Positions 24,248 through 37,866 of a DNA stretch of 64,000 nucleotides are shown in pieces. The DNA lies in the NCBI GenBank assembly GCA_013265495.1, contig MU057416.1, positions 1,358,545 through 1,422,544 on the forward strand, given 5' to 3'. How positions within the stretch are numbered: position 1 is the stretch's first letter; each line of letters begins with the position of its first letter. The position numbers were made by a program, and so were the translations under genes. A model generated the notes under the pieces. The model was not told the DNA's origin and did no database searches. It saw only the letters and a list, made by a program, of their open reading frames with translations. Source of the stretch: Vicugna vicugna. Its lineage: Eukaryota.

Positions 24248-25584
24248 TCTCAGAAATATCTTTTCTAATAATAGATTTTAAAAGATTTTTAATAGTATGG
24301 GACAATAAATATTTTCGGCTGTTAAATGACAAATATCGGCATATAAATTTGTATCGCAGTATAATCACAATGATACAATAATACACATAGAAAAACTGGG
24401 CAGAAATACAGCTAGATGTTTCTACTCTGTGGTAAAATTTAAGGAGATGTCCTTTTCCTGAATTTTTTTTTCTTTCCTTGTCTTGTTTCGCCAGTAGGCT
24501 TGTGTTTCTTTTAAAATCAGAACTGCCCCTTTAAATAATATAAAAATGGCCCCATGAACATTAAAAACCTAATGAATCTGAAATACCCAGTGACTGCCCT
24601 GCTAATGATTTGTAGACTATGTCTGTTACAAATCCACTTTCATTTGAAGATGTCACTAGACATTTCCAGGAACGAATCCTTGCAAAAGTAGCTTAACATT
24701 TTTGCAGAAACTCACAACCTGCTAAGTTTCCCAGAACCTCCCAGAAGATCAGAGCTCATGACGTTGTCCACACTTCCTGTTGTGTCTGGAAGATAATGAC
24801 ACGGACCATCGAAGGAGGATGGGGATTGTGCTACTGTGCCGTCTGGAGACAGAACGTGGAGGAGACGAGTTGTTGATATAAACCGAGAGAAGGCAGCAGT
24901 CACCTCTTTCGTGAAATTCGGGTAAATTGTTCCAGGCAAACAAATTCACTGAGTAATTGCCATGGTCTGTTGAAAATTTCGAAAAACAAAGAAAACCTTA
25001 AAGTATTGGCACGTTGAATCAAATCATATCGTCTGCCAAAGCCAGCTGTGGTCCTGGGAACAAACGAACACCACTTGGACTTGGAGTATATAGTTCAGTA
25101 GATTCTCAGTTCAAGGTGCTGAGCAGGCCCGAGGTAGCCTTCAGGCTGGACTCCATCAGGCAGGACTTAACGCTCCTTAAACAAACAGCGTTATGCGCGT
25201 GCCGTGAACATGTTTTGCTGATGCTTCAGTTGCCTGGTATTCAGTTGCCTGGAGATTTCTAGTCTCCAGACCTGCCCATCAGGGGCTCCCCCATGACCCA
25301 TACAGTGCAAAATCTGGTGGTGTATTATACATATACCAAAAAGAAAACAAATTTTTGAAGGAAGGAATAAGTATGAAATTTTAAAAAATCAGCAATAAGG
25401 TGGCCCAAGTCCAGACTGTTTGGAAACCCCCGTAAACCTCGCCCTGGTCCTAGTGTCTCTAGGAGCCAGAATGCCTGAGGCCGGCCCGTGTAAGTTCCCT
25501 GTTCCAGCTCCTGGCAATTTCCTCACTGTAGACATTTTCATAGTACTGTATACTTTGTAAATTACTTTTTTGTTGTTCATTAAA

Positions 25585-25739
25585 AAATTTTTTTGTTGTT
25601 TTGAGGGGTTTTTTTGCTTGCTTTTTTTTAGGTCGGGGGTGGTAATTAGGTTTATGTATTTAATGGAGGTACTGGAGATTGAACCCAGGACCTCGTGCAT
25701 GCCAGGCATGTGCTCTGCCACTGAGCTGGACCCTCCCCC
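25585..25739 (-). mobile_element. tRNA-derived SINE (Vic-1-like)
   Basis: ggtaattaggtttat...gattgaacccaggacctcgtgcatg...actgagct. Confidence 0.9.
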
Positions 25740-27910
25740 TTTCTTTTACACATGAAGTTATCATCTTCACTTACTTTACATGGCCGACCAAAAACTAATG
25801 GTGAATTTCTTACAGAAGATAGTATATAATTACAAATTCCTAAGATGGACTTACAACCTCATCTAACCCATTTTTAAAAGGTGGAACTAAGTCTACCATT
25901 TCTGCCAAGTGTCTTGAATTTTTCACTCAACACATCTTTGGGCTCAACCTCAAATCTTGTGAGAAAATTAAGGAGCTTTCAAGAGCAGTGTTTCCCTGAT
26001 AGCTTGCATCCCGTTTTCCTTCACCAGGAAGAGCTGACGGTCGTGTGAATCTGTGCGGCACGACCAGACGTCCGGTCCTCGGCTCTTTAAACAGTGGCTC
26101 GCCTGCCCCTGAGTGCTGGACTGTTCACGATTGCTTTTCAGATCTTGTGGTGTAACGCCACTGCTGAAATCGGGGAAAGAACCTTCGTTCCTAAAGGGTA
26201 TAAGGCTTCGTGGTAGGGTCCTCGTTTTCTGTTTGCTTTCTAGTCAAATGAAATAACAGCTGATCCATGAACCGAGTCAGCTTCGGCCGCTCGGCTGGCG
26301 GCCTGGACAGCTCTCTCCCACCCGGGTAGAAGGCGTTCTTGACCTTTTTTCCGCTGTGGACTCCTGGCAATTTTGTGAAGCTCATGGTCCCTTCCCAGAA
26401 CAGTGTTTTTACATATGATACAATCACATTAAACTATCTAAAAAAAACCTCACTGACTTCGTAGAGCAGGAAGCAGCCACGTGGCGTCGAGTACATTGCC
26501 AGGAGCGCTGTGTCCGGGGGGACGGCTTTAACGTTCAAGCAGCCGTGAGACGGGGATGGAATGACTCTCAGACCCTTGGGAGTGCCTTTGTGGCTGACTT
26601 CTCGAGAGCTCTGTTAGGGCTGCTTCTTCAGGCCGAAGTGATGGCTTCTGTGTGACCGCAGCAAGGTTCTGGGCTCCCAGATCCAGCTCTGAAAATATCC
26701 AGAAGCATTCTTGCGTGTGCGCCGCCCCCGCATCCGTGTGCATGGGTGCTGACACACAGCCTGCAGCAGCACAGAAGTTCTGGGTGTGACACAGGAAAGA
26801 CGGCTCTGCCTTACGTGTTTGGCACCGGAGCCCTTTGGCAGCCCTTCCGTCAACAACCCAGAGTACCTGCTCTCCAAGCACCTGACAGGGTTTCAGGCAT
26901 CCGCTGGCTGCAGCCCAGCACTCCCCAGAGGCCTCTCTGAGACGCCTGATATTTGTGGGAGATGGTATCTGGGATGTCTGTCAACTGTTCCTAGATTCTC
27001 TGGGTGCTGTTTCTGCATAAACTCACGTCCTCAGAAGGCGGCATACTCAAATCGTAGTAGCATGCTTCCCTTCTGCGAGGAATGACACTGTGTTAACTTT
27101 TAAATTTAATTTTTGCTCTTTTCAAAGTTATATGTGCACATGGCTTATCGAGTCCAATGGTTCTGCAAGACCTGTAATACCAGACGTTGACCTCCACCTC
27201 TTAATTTCCCGTTCCCCAGAAGTGACTGATTTTTTTACTCTTTTATCTGAGTGTGTTTGTATTCAACTCAAGATGTCTAAATGATATGCTTATATTGTTG
27301 CTTCCTAGTTTTCAGTTTTCACTCCATCTGTGGCCTTTCCACACTGGAAAATGTAACTTTGGCTCTCTTTAGCCCCGCTCGACTCAGTGACCCCTCACTC
27401 TCCTTTCTCTGGGTTTACCCCTTCATTTTGTTGGAACACATCCTTCAGTAGCTTTCTGAGAGAGGGTGAGCACGAGGCAAAGTTCAACCCCACATATCTC
27501 AGCATGTCTCTGTTTTTCCCTCCTGTGCAGTAGGTAGTATGGAATTCTAGTTTGGAAGTGATTTTCCCTCAGAAGTTTGAAGGCAAATCAAGTCAGTTGT
27601 CTTCTACCTTCTAGGGCTGCTGTTGAGGACCTGAATGCCAGACTTGTACCGGACCCTTTTCGTGAAACCTACTTCGTTCTATATGTGGGCTTGTTCCTCA
27701 TTATTCCCAGTGCTTGATGATTTTTTAAATTGATTTATTTTTAAACTTTATTTTATTTATTTATTTTTATTGAGGTTTAGCTGATCTGCAGTATTATGTT
27801 AGTTCCACATATTAATGATGTCCTTGGTGTAGGTGAAGACTCGTTCACCGAGTGGGGCATGGGAGGCCCTTTCAGTTTGAAAGCTCTTTTTGTCCTTCTC
27901 TTTAAAAAAC

Positions 27911-28128
27911 TTTTTTTAAATTGAAGTATAGTTGATTTACAATATTGTGTTAGCTTCAAATGTACAGCAAAGTGATTCAGTTATATACATATGTGTGTAG
28001 ATGGCTTTTCCATGACAGGTTCTTACAAGATAAATTGTTTTCCTTTCAGATGTTGTCTACATTGTACGCAATGTCCGTGTAGGTGTATGCGTATATTCTT
28101 GGCTGTGCTACACAGTAGGTCCTTGTTG
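27911..28128 (-). mobile_element. LINE-1 3'UTR fragment within older L1M-type remnants (~27400-28480)
   Basis: ttgaagtatagttgatttacaatattgtgttag...acagtaggtccttgttg. Confidence 0.8.
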
Positions 28129-28770
28129 GAAATGCTTATCTTCCATGTTTGGGAAATTTCCTTAAATTATTTCTTTGATAATTTCCTTTCCTTCCTCTAA
28201 TTTCTCCGTCCCCTCCCCCTTTAAACACTCTATTATTGGAAAGTTGGATTTCCTGGAGAGAATCATTAATTTTCTTTTTTTCTTCCCATTCCATTTTTTG
28301 ATCTTTTTTTTCCCTGCTTTTTCAGTATTTCTTCAACTTTATCTCCTTATCTTTTATTGAGGTTTTAATTTGCCACACCGTATTTTTTTTAATTTTCAAA
28401 AACTCTGTTTTGTTCTCTGAATTTTCTCTTTTCTTTTACCAGTATCCTATTCTCATTGCATGGATACCAATGTTATTATTTATAAAATTTGGGGCTCTTT
28501 TTTTTTTAAAGTTTTTTCTTCTGTATACTTAAGAGTAGGACACAAAAGTTGCCTGGAAGCTCTGTCCCAAGGGTTGGAGGCTTATCAACTGTCTGCTTCA
28601 CCAAATCTTTGTCTGGCTGGGGTGTTTCACTGGCTTAAAATACTCTGTCACGAGCACTTTTCTAGATCGTTACAACTTCCTCAAAACAGCCATGTTTAAG
28701 GCTATAAGTTAGGATATAAGTTAGTTTATTTCACTATTTCTCTAATTTACACATTTCACTTTATTTACAA

Positions 28771-28900
28771 TTTTTTAAGGGTTTTTTGGGGGGGTACTTA
28801 GGTTTATTCATTTATTTGTTTAACGGAGGTGCTGGGGACTGAAGCCCGGACCTCGTGCATGCTGAGCACACACTGTCCCACTGAGCTGTACCCTCTGCCT
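28771..28900 (-). mobile_element. tRNA-derived SINE (Vic-1-like)
   Basis: Same body and tail as the other copies. Confidence 0.88.
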
Positions 28901-30762
28901 GCACATCTCAGTTTGCACACTTTGTACTTCGGTTTGCTTGCTCTCTGCTTATTTTCTTCCGTGGGCAGTAGCTTCTCAGGAGGGAGGCTCTGACCAGTTA
29001 GCCAGTGGTGTGTTTTGAAGCAAACTCCCGGAAAGCAACTTAATGTCCCTCTTCCCTGCCCCACTAACAGATGGCCTGGGATTTCTAGTCAAATGAGTCC
29101 AGTTTGGTTTCAGATTCATCTTTGACAGGTTACTTAAGTTTTTAGGCTTAGTTCAGTGCGTGACTGTCCGTAAACACTCAAAAACTGGTGACTCTCATTA
29201 CTGCCTTATTCCTCTGCACAGCATCCAACAGTTAATGAACATTTGATGAGGTGTATTGCCTTTAAACTGAACATCTTCGATTAAGACTGAGATCTAGTTT
29301 TTCATACCTGTGTTGGACATTGAAATTTCTCCTTCTGTGAACTATCTGTTCAGGCCCTTTGTAAAACATTCCGACAAAGGCGCTTGAGGTCTTATTGATT
29401 TGTAAGAGCTCTTTACATATAAATAACATTAACGTAATTGTCCATCCAGCTCATTAGCTTAAAAGTCAGATCTTAGAAGATATTTTAAATATTACATTTA
29501 TATCATAGCTTATAAAATATATATTATGAACATATTAATAATAGATTATATTTTATATTATATTAAAGTAAACCATATTTTAAATATATTTTAAAAAATA
29601 ACTGTGGGTTTTTTTTCACCCTCTATTAAGCAAGGGACACGTGCTCATTTTAGACTGCGTGACAGGTGACGCATAAATTAGAAATTAGAAAAAAGAATTT
29701 TTAAGTCATTTGTAATTTTGCAACCTGGGGATAACCAGGGTTATTAGCCTGGTATATACTGTTCTGGTCTCTTTCTCATACCTGAATATATGCACATATT
29801 CTGTTTAAAAGGGAGAGGAGAGCGTCCTGTACTTTCGGCTTCAGACCCTGCTGTTTCCACATAGTCTCACATCACAGACATATTTCATTGTCATTAAATT
29901 TAAGCTAGACTGTTTTTCTTTTAGAGCTTTGTCTACATTGTACGTAATGTATTAGTCAGCCTTCCTTTAATAGCTTGGAAAAATTTAGGGAAAAACCATC
30001 AAGAATGAACTTAAAAAACATTTCTAAGGAAACTAGTAAACTGATTTTGAAACAAGGAACCCTTGTTGGACAAATGTGAACTTACACAATGTTACTTGCT
30101 GCGAAACGTTCACATAAGCAGATCTGCAGAGCACTTGGGTTTCTCCCGGGAATGGTCATCCGTAAGCTTCAGCATTTGAGTTTGAGGGAACACAGAGCAT
30201 GGCTCCGACAATGTTTGAACTGGATTCTGGAGGGCGTCCGTCAGCACACGTGTCAGAAGTTGAATCAGCGTTGCCGAGTGTGAGCTAAGTGGGGAACTTG
30301 CTTCAGGGAAGTTGACCCAAAGAAACACACAGCGTCCAGTCCTGACGCCCACAGTGGGGCCCTGGGCCCCCAGGCCAGGTGTGACCCAGCCGATTCTGCA
30401 GGTGACCACACTTCCTGGAGTGAACTATTCAGGAATTTGGAAGCCAACATTTATTTTAAACCTGTTGTCTTTTTCTTTTTTTTAGAGTTACTTTTATCTT
30501 GTTTTGGTTTAGTTTGGTTCGGTTTTGTTAAGTGATCGTTTCAGTGTCTCCCAGGAGCTGAGGAAAGCAGGAGAGGGCCTAGCATGTATCACGTGTTGGA
30601 CGTGTTACATCCTTCAGAGAAGTCAGCTGACTTGCCCAGGGTTGCAGGTTAGTAGGTCACGGAGCCAGGAATTCAGACCCAGGGCCAGGAGCGTTTTCCA
30701 TCCCACGGAATGGGGTGAAACATAGTGGGGCACCATGCTTCTGTGAACCGCCGGCTCTTTTT

Positions 30763-30903
30763 CATTCTTTTATTTGTTATTTTTTTCAGGGGTGGGGAGG
30801 AAATCAGGTTTATTTATCTTTAATGGAGGTGCTGGGGATCGAACCCAGGACCTCGTGCATGCTGGGCACGCATTTTACCACTGAGCTATGCCCTCCTCCT
30901 CCC
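30763..30903 (-). mobile_element. tRNA-derived SINE (Vic-1-like)
   Basis: gggatcgaacccaggacctcgtgcatg...actgagctatgccctcc. Confidence 0.9.
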
Positions 30904-31809
30904 CCGGGTCCTTTTTTAAGGGTGGAGACATGCTCAACATTCAGGAGCCCTTTACTCGGGGAGGAGAGGGTGACACCCAGAGACACTATGTCCCAGTTAG
31001 TTGTGACCACCCAGTTTCTGCCTCATCCCAGTGTTTCCCTGTACCACTGAACACAGGCTCTGATCTTTGGTTTATAACATCTCGTCAGCATCAGTATAGG
31101 TTATCCTGAATAACAGACGTAATGATAATGGCTCCTTTTTATAGTTCAGGACAGTAAACAAGGTTCAGAGGACAGGATCCCTGTGCAGAAAGGCAAGGAT
31201 GCCACTCTGCGGGGCTCTGGATAGGGGACGGACACGCGCAGAAACGACTGCACCAAAGTCAGCTGTTCCCATAAAGAACTCCTCTTTGGGAGCTTGAAAT
31301 GGAAGGGAGACAACACTGGGATTTAAGGGGTGAAAGTAACTGTCCCTCAGAGCAGACAGCTTTCCTCTGAGGCTCTCTTCTGTGGCCACCAGCACGGCTC
31401 GGCACTGCGGAGTCCACCCTGTCGGCGGGAGAAACCTGAAAGGAGAAGTGACCCAACTCCTTTGTAGGCAGCTGATGGGGCGTCGGGGGAGCCCCGAGCC
31501 TCCAGCCGGCTTCTGGAGCGTTCATCACGGCCGGCGGTGTGCCCAGCTGGCGCCAGGCGTGGGGCCCAGCAGCGCTAAGCTTCAGGCCCTCCTCGAGGAG
31601 TCAGCCAGCGGGGAGGGGAGACAGGAAGATGGGCACAGAGCACACAGGTTGTCGGGGGGAATCAGTCATTGCTCCACAGCGCCAGGACAAGCCAGGAACG
31701 GTTTCTGAAGGAGATGCCTGGCACTGTCCTGAGTGCCTTATGCAAGTTTCAAAGGATGACTAGGAGTTTCCAGAACTGCCTTCTGAAGAAAAACCCACTT
31801 TAAAAACCA

Positions 31810-32735
31810 CCTTTATTGTGGACGATTCCTGTACCATAAAGTGCGCGTGCTCGCGATGAACGATTTGATGAGCTCTGATAGGTGCACACCCACGGAACCA
31901 GCACCGCAGTCAGGGGAGCGCACGTTTCCACCGCTCCCCGGGAGGTGCAGTTTCCAAATTCCCAGCTTACCCCTTCCCACATCCTCTACCCGCTGATGAC
32001 ATGACTTTGCTCTCTGTGTCTGTGAGTCTGTTTCTATTTGGTAGCTAAGCTCATTTGTGGCCTTTTTTGATCCCACATGTAAGCTGTGTCAGATGGTGTT
32101 CTTCTATCTCTTTCTGGCTTTAGTTAGAATGACACTCCCACTGACACTCCGTTCTGCTGTAGTTGAAGTGAGCAGAAAATGGGGTCAAGGAGGATGTGTC
32201 TTCACAGAGGAAAAACACGCCTTATAGCCTCAAAATCAGAAGGGACCTTGGATGTCGTCGGGAACAATCCCCCGGCACCATCACTTCCGTGTCGGGGGTC
32301 GCCTGCCCGCTTGGAGCACTTAGAGCAATGGGGACCTTTCCGCACCGGCTGCTTTGTGGGCAGCCCGCTCTGGTCTGTAGTGTGTCACAAGGCGGAGCTC
32401 TGCCTCTGGGTGAATCCCACTCATTCGCCCTAGTTTTGCTCTTGGGGGCAACACAGAAGAACTCTGTGCTGTCTTCCATGGACAGCTCACGGAGACGTTG
32501 TCTCACGGAGGCATGTGCCCTCTTGCATCTTTTTTCCAGGCTAATTGTTGGGTGTCCTCTTGACACTGAGCTGTGCCAGTGTCTCCGATCTCTGTCCTGG
32601 TTGGGCACGCCCTGGATTGTAGTGTCTCTGACTGTAGTGCAGACCTGGAGCTGAATCCGCAAGCGGCCGGACAAGCTCGCAGAGCAGTGGTCAGCATGTT
32701 CTAACTCTGTTAACATCGCCTAAAGTTGCTTTAGG
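31810..32735 (-). mobile_element. Degenerate old L1 3' region with a younger L1 piece (~31946-32140)
   Basis: Residual similarity to L1M 3' ends, plus ccttcccac..tgtgagtctgtttct..cccacatgtaag of the younger family. Confidence 0.55.
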
Positions 32736-33434
32736 ATGTTGGCCGCGACAGCATCCCATGGGGTTCTGCACCGAGGCTGAGCTTGTGCGTGAGATGAACT
32801 GAAACCCCAGACGTGGTTCACGCAGACTGTCACTTTCCCCTCCCTCTCGTGTGCTTTATTTGGAAGATAGGAAATCAGAGCGTCACCTTCTTTGTTTTGG
32901 TATGTAGACCAGCTTTTTACGATTGAAAGATTAGTTTATTGCTTTTTTAAAAAATGTTTGTTCATTTTCAGGTGGTAAAAGTACAAAGGGGAAAGTGAAA
33001 ATCACCCCAAATTCTTCTCTCTAGGAGTGAGTGCCTTCTAAAAAAGTATGCAAATTTATGTTTGTAATAGTATCAAAGAGGACAGTTATTTATCAGTCAG
33101 TTTACAGTTGCAATGGCAATTATGTTTAGTCATTTTTAAGTGTAGAAAGAGGTCTGTGACATAACACATAAAAAAGAAAATTGCCAAACTGTATGATCCC
33201 TCTTTTGTTAATTACAGAAAGAAACTCCATGCATATTGATACGAATGTACGTTTTTAGAACAGGGCCACGCTCTGTTCTGTTTTGCAGCACGCTGTTTCT
33301 CTTGCCGTGTGCGTCTTCGCAGGGGACAGACAGAGAAGGCAACGTCATGTTTAACGATTCTGGAGGGTCCTGTGATGTCTGTGACGCGGGTTTCCAGGTC
33401 GCCGCACCCTTATGAGCAGGACGAGGATGAGCAG

Positions 33435-33632
33435 CTTCCCGTGCAGTCGCCCCCTTCCCGTGCAGTCGCCCCCTCCCGTGCAGTCGCCCCCTTCCCGTGC
33501 AGTCGCCCCCCCTCCCNNNNNNNNNNNNNNNTCCCGTGCAGTCGCCCTCTTCCCGTGCAGTCGCCCCCTCCTTGTGCAGTCGCCCCCCCTCCCGTGCAGT
33601 CGCCTTCTTCCCGTGCAGTCACCTCCTTCGTG
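33435..33632. repeat. GC-rich minisatellite, ~18-21-bp unit (t)cccgtgcagtcgccccc, at least 9 units, spanning an assembly gap
   Basis: Four units before and five after 15 Ns (33517-33531). Confidence 0.95.
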
Positions 33633-34157
33633 TAAATTCCTAGAAGGAGTCCGCTCACAATTTTCTTTTACTCCCTGAGTTTGCCGTCTGGTGTGTCACT
33701 CCAGGTTCTGCATTATCTGTAGGTGTGATAAGCACCCCTTCTTCCCTAATCTGAGTAGGTGATAAAATATCAGACTCAGGTCAAGGGTTACTGTCTCTGT
33801 CCCGGGGCGCCCTCCTCCCGCCTGGGACTGACGGCCCTTTTCTCTGTGTCCTTAGTTCGCCGCGTTCAGATTTCTACGGCAAAGCGTGGTAGCTCGCGAG
33901 CATTCTTTTTGTATTTACTTCTTTGCTTTCCCGCAGAGTCTGTAGGACAGCAAAGATGAATGCTTCTGAGTTTTACTAGTGTGCGCCCACCCGACACAGT
34001 TCCTGGCACGTTGTAGGGCATTACGACTGCAGGAATGAGTGACTGACTGAAGGAGTCAACTCAGGACCCAGGACGTCTTCCCACAGCACGCTACTAGATC
34101 CTGACTGTTAGCGTATGTGAACTTCTGCACAAAGTGTATCAGATAACTGTGGTTGTG

Positions 34158-34801
34158 CAGTCACCTCGGGGTATCCGAGAGGGACTGGTTCCAGGACCCC
34201 TCCCCCATCCTGGGGGTACCGGGCTCGCAGATGCTCGAGTCCCTTGTACAGAGTGACGCAGCATTTTCATGTAACCTGCACACATCCTTCAGATACCTTT
34301 TTTTGGTTTTTTTTGACTAGAAAATCAATCTTCCCTGATAATCTATGTCCTTGCCGCAAACCTCTATTTTTTTAATTAAAAAAATAGTATTTATTTATTT
34401 GCAGGGGAAAGGTAATTGGGTTTACTTATTTTTTTGATGGAGATACCGGGGATTGAACCCAGGACCTCGTGCATGCTGGGCATGAGCTATACCCCCCTTT
34501 TTTTTTAATGGAGGTGCTGGGAGTTGAACCTCGTGTGTGCTAAGCATGTACCACTGAGCTAAGCTCTACCGCTGCACTATTACCCTCCCTCTGTATACCT
34601 TAAATTATCTCTAACGCGATGTAAATGCCACGTCAAGGGTTGTAAATGCAGTAAATGTAAATGCTGTGCAAATAGTTGCTGGTGTGCAGCAAATTCAAGT
34701 TCCGCCTTTTGGAATTTTCCTGATTTTTTTTTTTTTGATACTTCAATCTGCGGTTGGTTGAAGTCATGGCTATGGAACCCACAGACATGGAGGCCCAACT
34801 G
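34158..34801 (+). mobile_element. MER2/Tigger-type non-autonomous DNA transposon, interrupted by SINEs
   Basis: Termini cagtc..ggtatccg..ggttccaggacccc and gcggttggttgaa..ggaacccacagacatggaggcccaactg|ta resemble the MER2 consensus as I recall it. Confidence 0.8.
34300..34589 (-). mobile_element. Tandem (dimeric) Vic-1-like SINE inserted inside MER2
   Basis: Two SINE heads (~34435-34497 and ~34505-34589) plus tail; imperfect flanking duplication ...atacctt at 34288-34299 and 34590-34601. Confidence 0.8.
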
Positions 34802-35389
34802 TAGCTAAGTCAGAGGGTCATTAATTTTGTTCTTTTATCAGTTCACCTGTTTCTTCTAGGTAGCTGTCATTCCTTTATTCATTTATTCACAAAATTTATT
34901 GTGTGCTTAGTATGTTGAGAAGTTACTGAGATAAGGGCTACGGGCATGATGTTTATGGGAAACTCAGCTGCAGGAGCGCCGCATTGCGTGAGGCCACAAG
35001 AGGAGTCCGGAGAAAGTGGTGGTAGGGTTCCCAGACGTGAAAACAGTTTCCCTGCTGGGCAGAAGTGACGGTGGCGGGAGCTGAAGAGGGTGAACTGAAG
35101 GGGAGGCAGAAGTCTGCCTTTTCTAATCATAATTAAAAGAATTAAATTAATAAATATGATTTGGATGGGAGAAGGGAATCCCATTTACTTGTGCAAAAGT
35201 GATGGAGACCACACAAAGCGCAGAGCGGTAGGTTAAAAACAGGTTAAAAAATAAAACCACCAGCACGCCAGTCCGTACGCAGCAGGGCCGACACCGTGGT
35301 GGGAGAAAAGCTCGCAGCCGCAGCCGTCCCGGACGAGACAGAGCCCTGAAGGGCGTAACAGAAAGAAAGGGGCAAGAACCCGTGAAACG

Positions 35390-35890
35390 CTTGTCGGGTA
35401 AGGACGTGTGTCTTTAGGAAGACGCAACGTTGTGAAGAGGTTGATTCTCCCTGAGTTATTTCTAAGCTGCAAGACGTGGTCAGGCCCGGTGAAAACAGCA
35501 GTAAGACTTTGGAGGGGGCGAGGCTTGACAACATCCTGGTAAAATTCATCCAGAAAAAAACACGTGAGTCAGCAATTCCCAAGCGCTGCTGCCTGTTAAA
35601 TCACCTGGGAGCGTATGTGCTGCAAAGTCTGAAAATGCTGGCCTGAGAGCGCTCGAGACGCCCCTGCAACTGCTAGGCAATGGGCGTGAGCTCTGCCACG
35701 TAGCCCAGAACGTGAGAAAATAACCACGGTTGGAACACCTTGGCGCCGGCACGGAGGTAAGTGATGGACGAAACAGCCTGAAAACAGATCGGTGTCCATG
35801 GGGGATGTCGAACGTAAATTAAGAAGGATCAAGGAAAGACAAGCTCGTTAACAACCTGGTGCAACTGGCTAATGATTTTTGAGGAAACTG
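35390..35890 (+). mobile_element. Degenerate LINE-1 ORF2 fragment
   Basis: ggaagacgcaacgttgtgaagaggttgattctccc..atcctggtaaaattcatcc corresponds to the ORF2 GRLNIVKM.ILP..LKFIW region. Confidence 0.6.
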
Positions 35891-35929
35891 GATTGAACCC
35901 CCATCCCACTCCTTCTGATCAGTTCTGAA

Positions 35930-36520
35930 TAACCCCCACTCCCTCCACTCCCACCCTCTCTGGCCCATGTTCCTCACAACCTCCAGAGTAATCTGAAAAC
36001 CCGTGGTCACACCCACCTCACTCCTCTAAGCCCTTCAGTGGTTTTCACCGCATCAGAGTCAAGTCCAGACAGACTCCTGCTCGTATTCCGGGCCCTGGCA
36101 AGTTGGTCCAGCCTCTCTCCACCTGCTGCCCGCCCCTCTCCCTCCACCCCCTCCGCTTCCCTGGCTCCACCACCCTGCTCTGTGGGTCCCCAACACCCCA
36201 AACCTCTCCAGACCAGGGACTGTGTCCTCTTCCTGCTGCCCTGTCCTCGCCAGGCCAGCTTCCTCCAGCCCGCGGGTCCCACGTCCAGCGGCACCTCCAC
36301 CGGGGGCCTTTGCTGGCCTGACTCTCGAGGTCGTGGTCACCCTAGCTCTCCACCACTGCATCCATCAGACGTCCTCCCTACCCCCAGGGCAGCTCTTCCC
36401 ATACTGATCATGATCGTAAGTGTTCATTTCTTCCTTCCTTTCCCCTCTCCTAAGCTTGTCAGTCTGGTCACTGCTATAGCCTTGGGACCCGGTGCATAGC
36501 AGGCACTCGTGAATATTCAT
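35930..36520 (+). mobile_element. LINE-2 remnant
   Basis: cccttcagtggttttc..ggcctttgc..cccggtgcatagcaggcactc, L2 3' hallmarks. Confidence 0.6.
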
Positions 36521-37866
36521 AAGATAGTAGCTGACATGTAAGAGAGTGAGCAGGTGTCTCGTTCCAGCAGCAGAACCCTGCAGTGGCTGATGGCCGGAGC
36601 CGTAGTCTCAGGCTGGGCGAGACCGCTGATGAGTCGTGCTGGGCCCTGGCCAGCTGGGGTGGCTTCCTTCCTCTGTCAGGAGCCGTATCCCCAGCGCAAG
36701 GACCGGGGTCCGAGGCTGAACTTCCTGCCGAGGCTCTGGCATCCCAGCTGGGCATCATGCTCAGCCACCCTTCCCGGTGCCAAGGCCGTTCTTGGTGGAG
36801 ACAAAATTCTGTGTTCTGGCTCAAGTCTGATCTCTCCCACATCTGATGAATGGGATCAGCTAAGACGGGTATACATGCTGCAGCTAGAAAACGCCTTAAA
36901 TGCCATCTCCCAGTGACTGTAAAATAGCCCTGCCTTTTTATTTTGCAGATGAGGAAAACTGGGCCCAGAGAGATTTAGTGGGCCCAGCGGTGAGTAGCAG
37001 CGGTGGGGCCCCCCCGTCACCCCACCTTGGTGTGCAGTTTCGAGCCTCTGCTGGGATATGCGGATAAGGCGACTCTCCTGCATGTTTAAGAAAAGTCACT
37101 TTGAAAACAACTCATCTTGAGACCTTGAACTCACTATCACTGTCCGCTCACCTTGCACATCTTCTGCAGGCAGCAGGCAGTCTGGTCGTGTTGGCTTCTT
37201 TTTAGAAGTCTTCAAAATAATTGATTTGGGGAGGAGGCTCGAACCCAAGGGAGAATTGTCTGCAGAAGGCAGACGCAGAGAGGTGAGCTTCCAGGTGACA
37301 GAGCTGGGCCTGGGCCGTCTCCTCCAGTGTGACGTTTGTGACCGAATCCAGCCTCGTGTTACGAGGCACCCGGAGCCAGCCAGCCGGTGAGGACGGGGCC
37401 GGGCTCTGCGTCCAGGCAGGGCCGACACAGCCAGCGGGGCCCTCTGGACGGACAAGACCATCTTGCTTGCCCCAGGGCTCCTCTCCTGCGCCCCTTCTGA
37501 CCAGACGAGTGGTTCACAGCGGAGAGTTATCCAAGGTCGTGACGCCTGGAGCAAGATGGCCTTTGCCCCCACCTTTTTATCGTAGTTATTTTTGGTGGAA
37601 GAATAGAGGCATTTGTATATTCTACACGTCACACGAAATAACATGAAGCAGGTGCCAGTGAGCAGCCCAGAGCTTGTGAGACACTGTTTTCCCTGAACAT
37701 CCGTCTTTCCAAAGACTTTTTTATTTTATTTAGTTACTGTGGCTTTTTCACCTACGAACTTTAAGAAACCAGAGCAGATACCACTATTTTTTAACTGTAA
37801 TCATTTCCAGTTTTGAGCTATAATTTGCATATAACATTGTGTAAGTTTAAGGTGTATAACATAACG

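Noticed and set aside
29480..29600. Very AT-rich stretch
   Set aside because: Simple low-complexity sequence without periodic structure.
33435..33632. CRISPR-like regularly repeated unit
   Set aside because: Head-to-tail units without unique spacers, in a eukaryotic context, with no cas genes.
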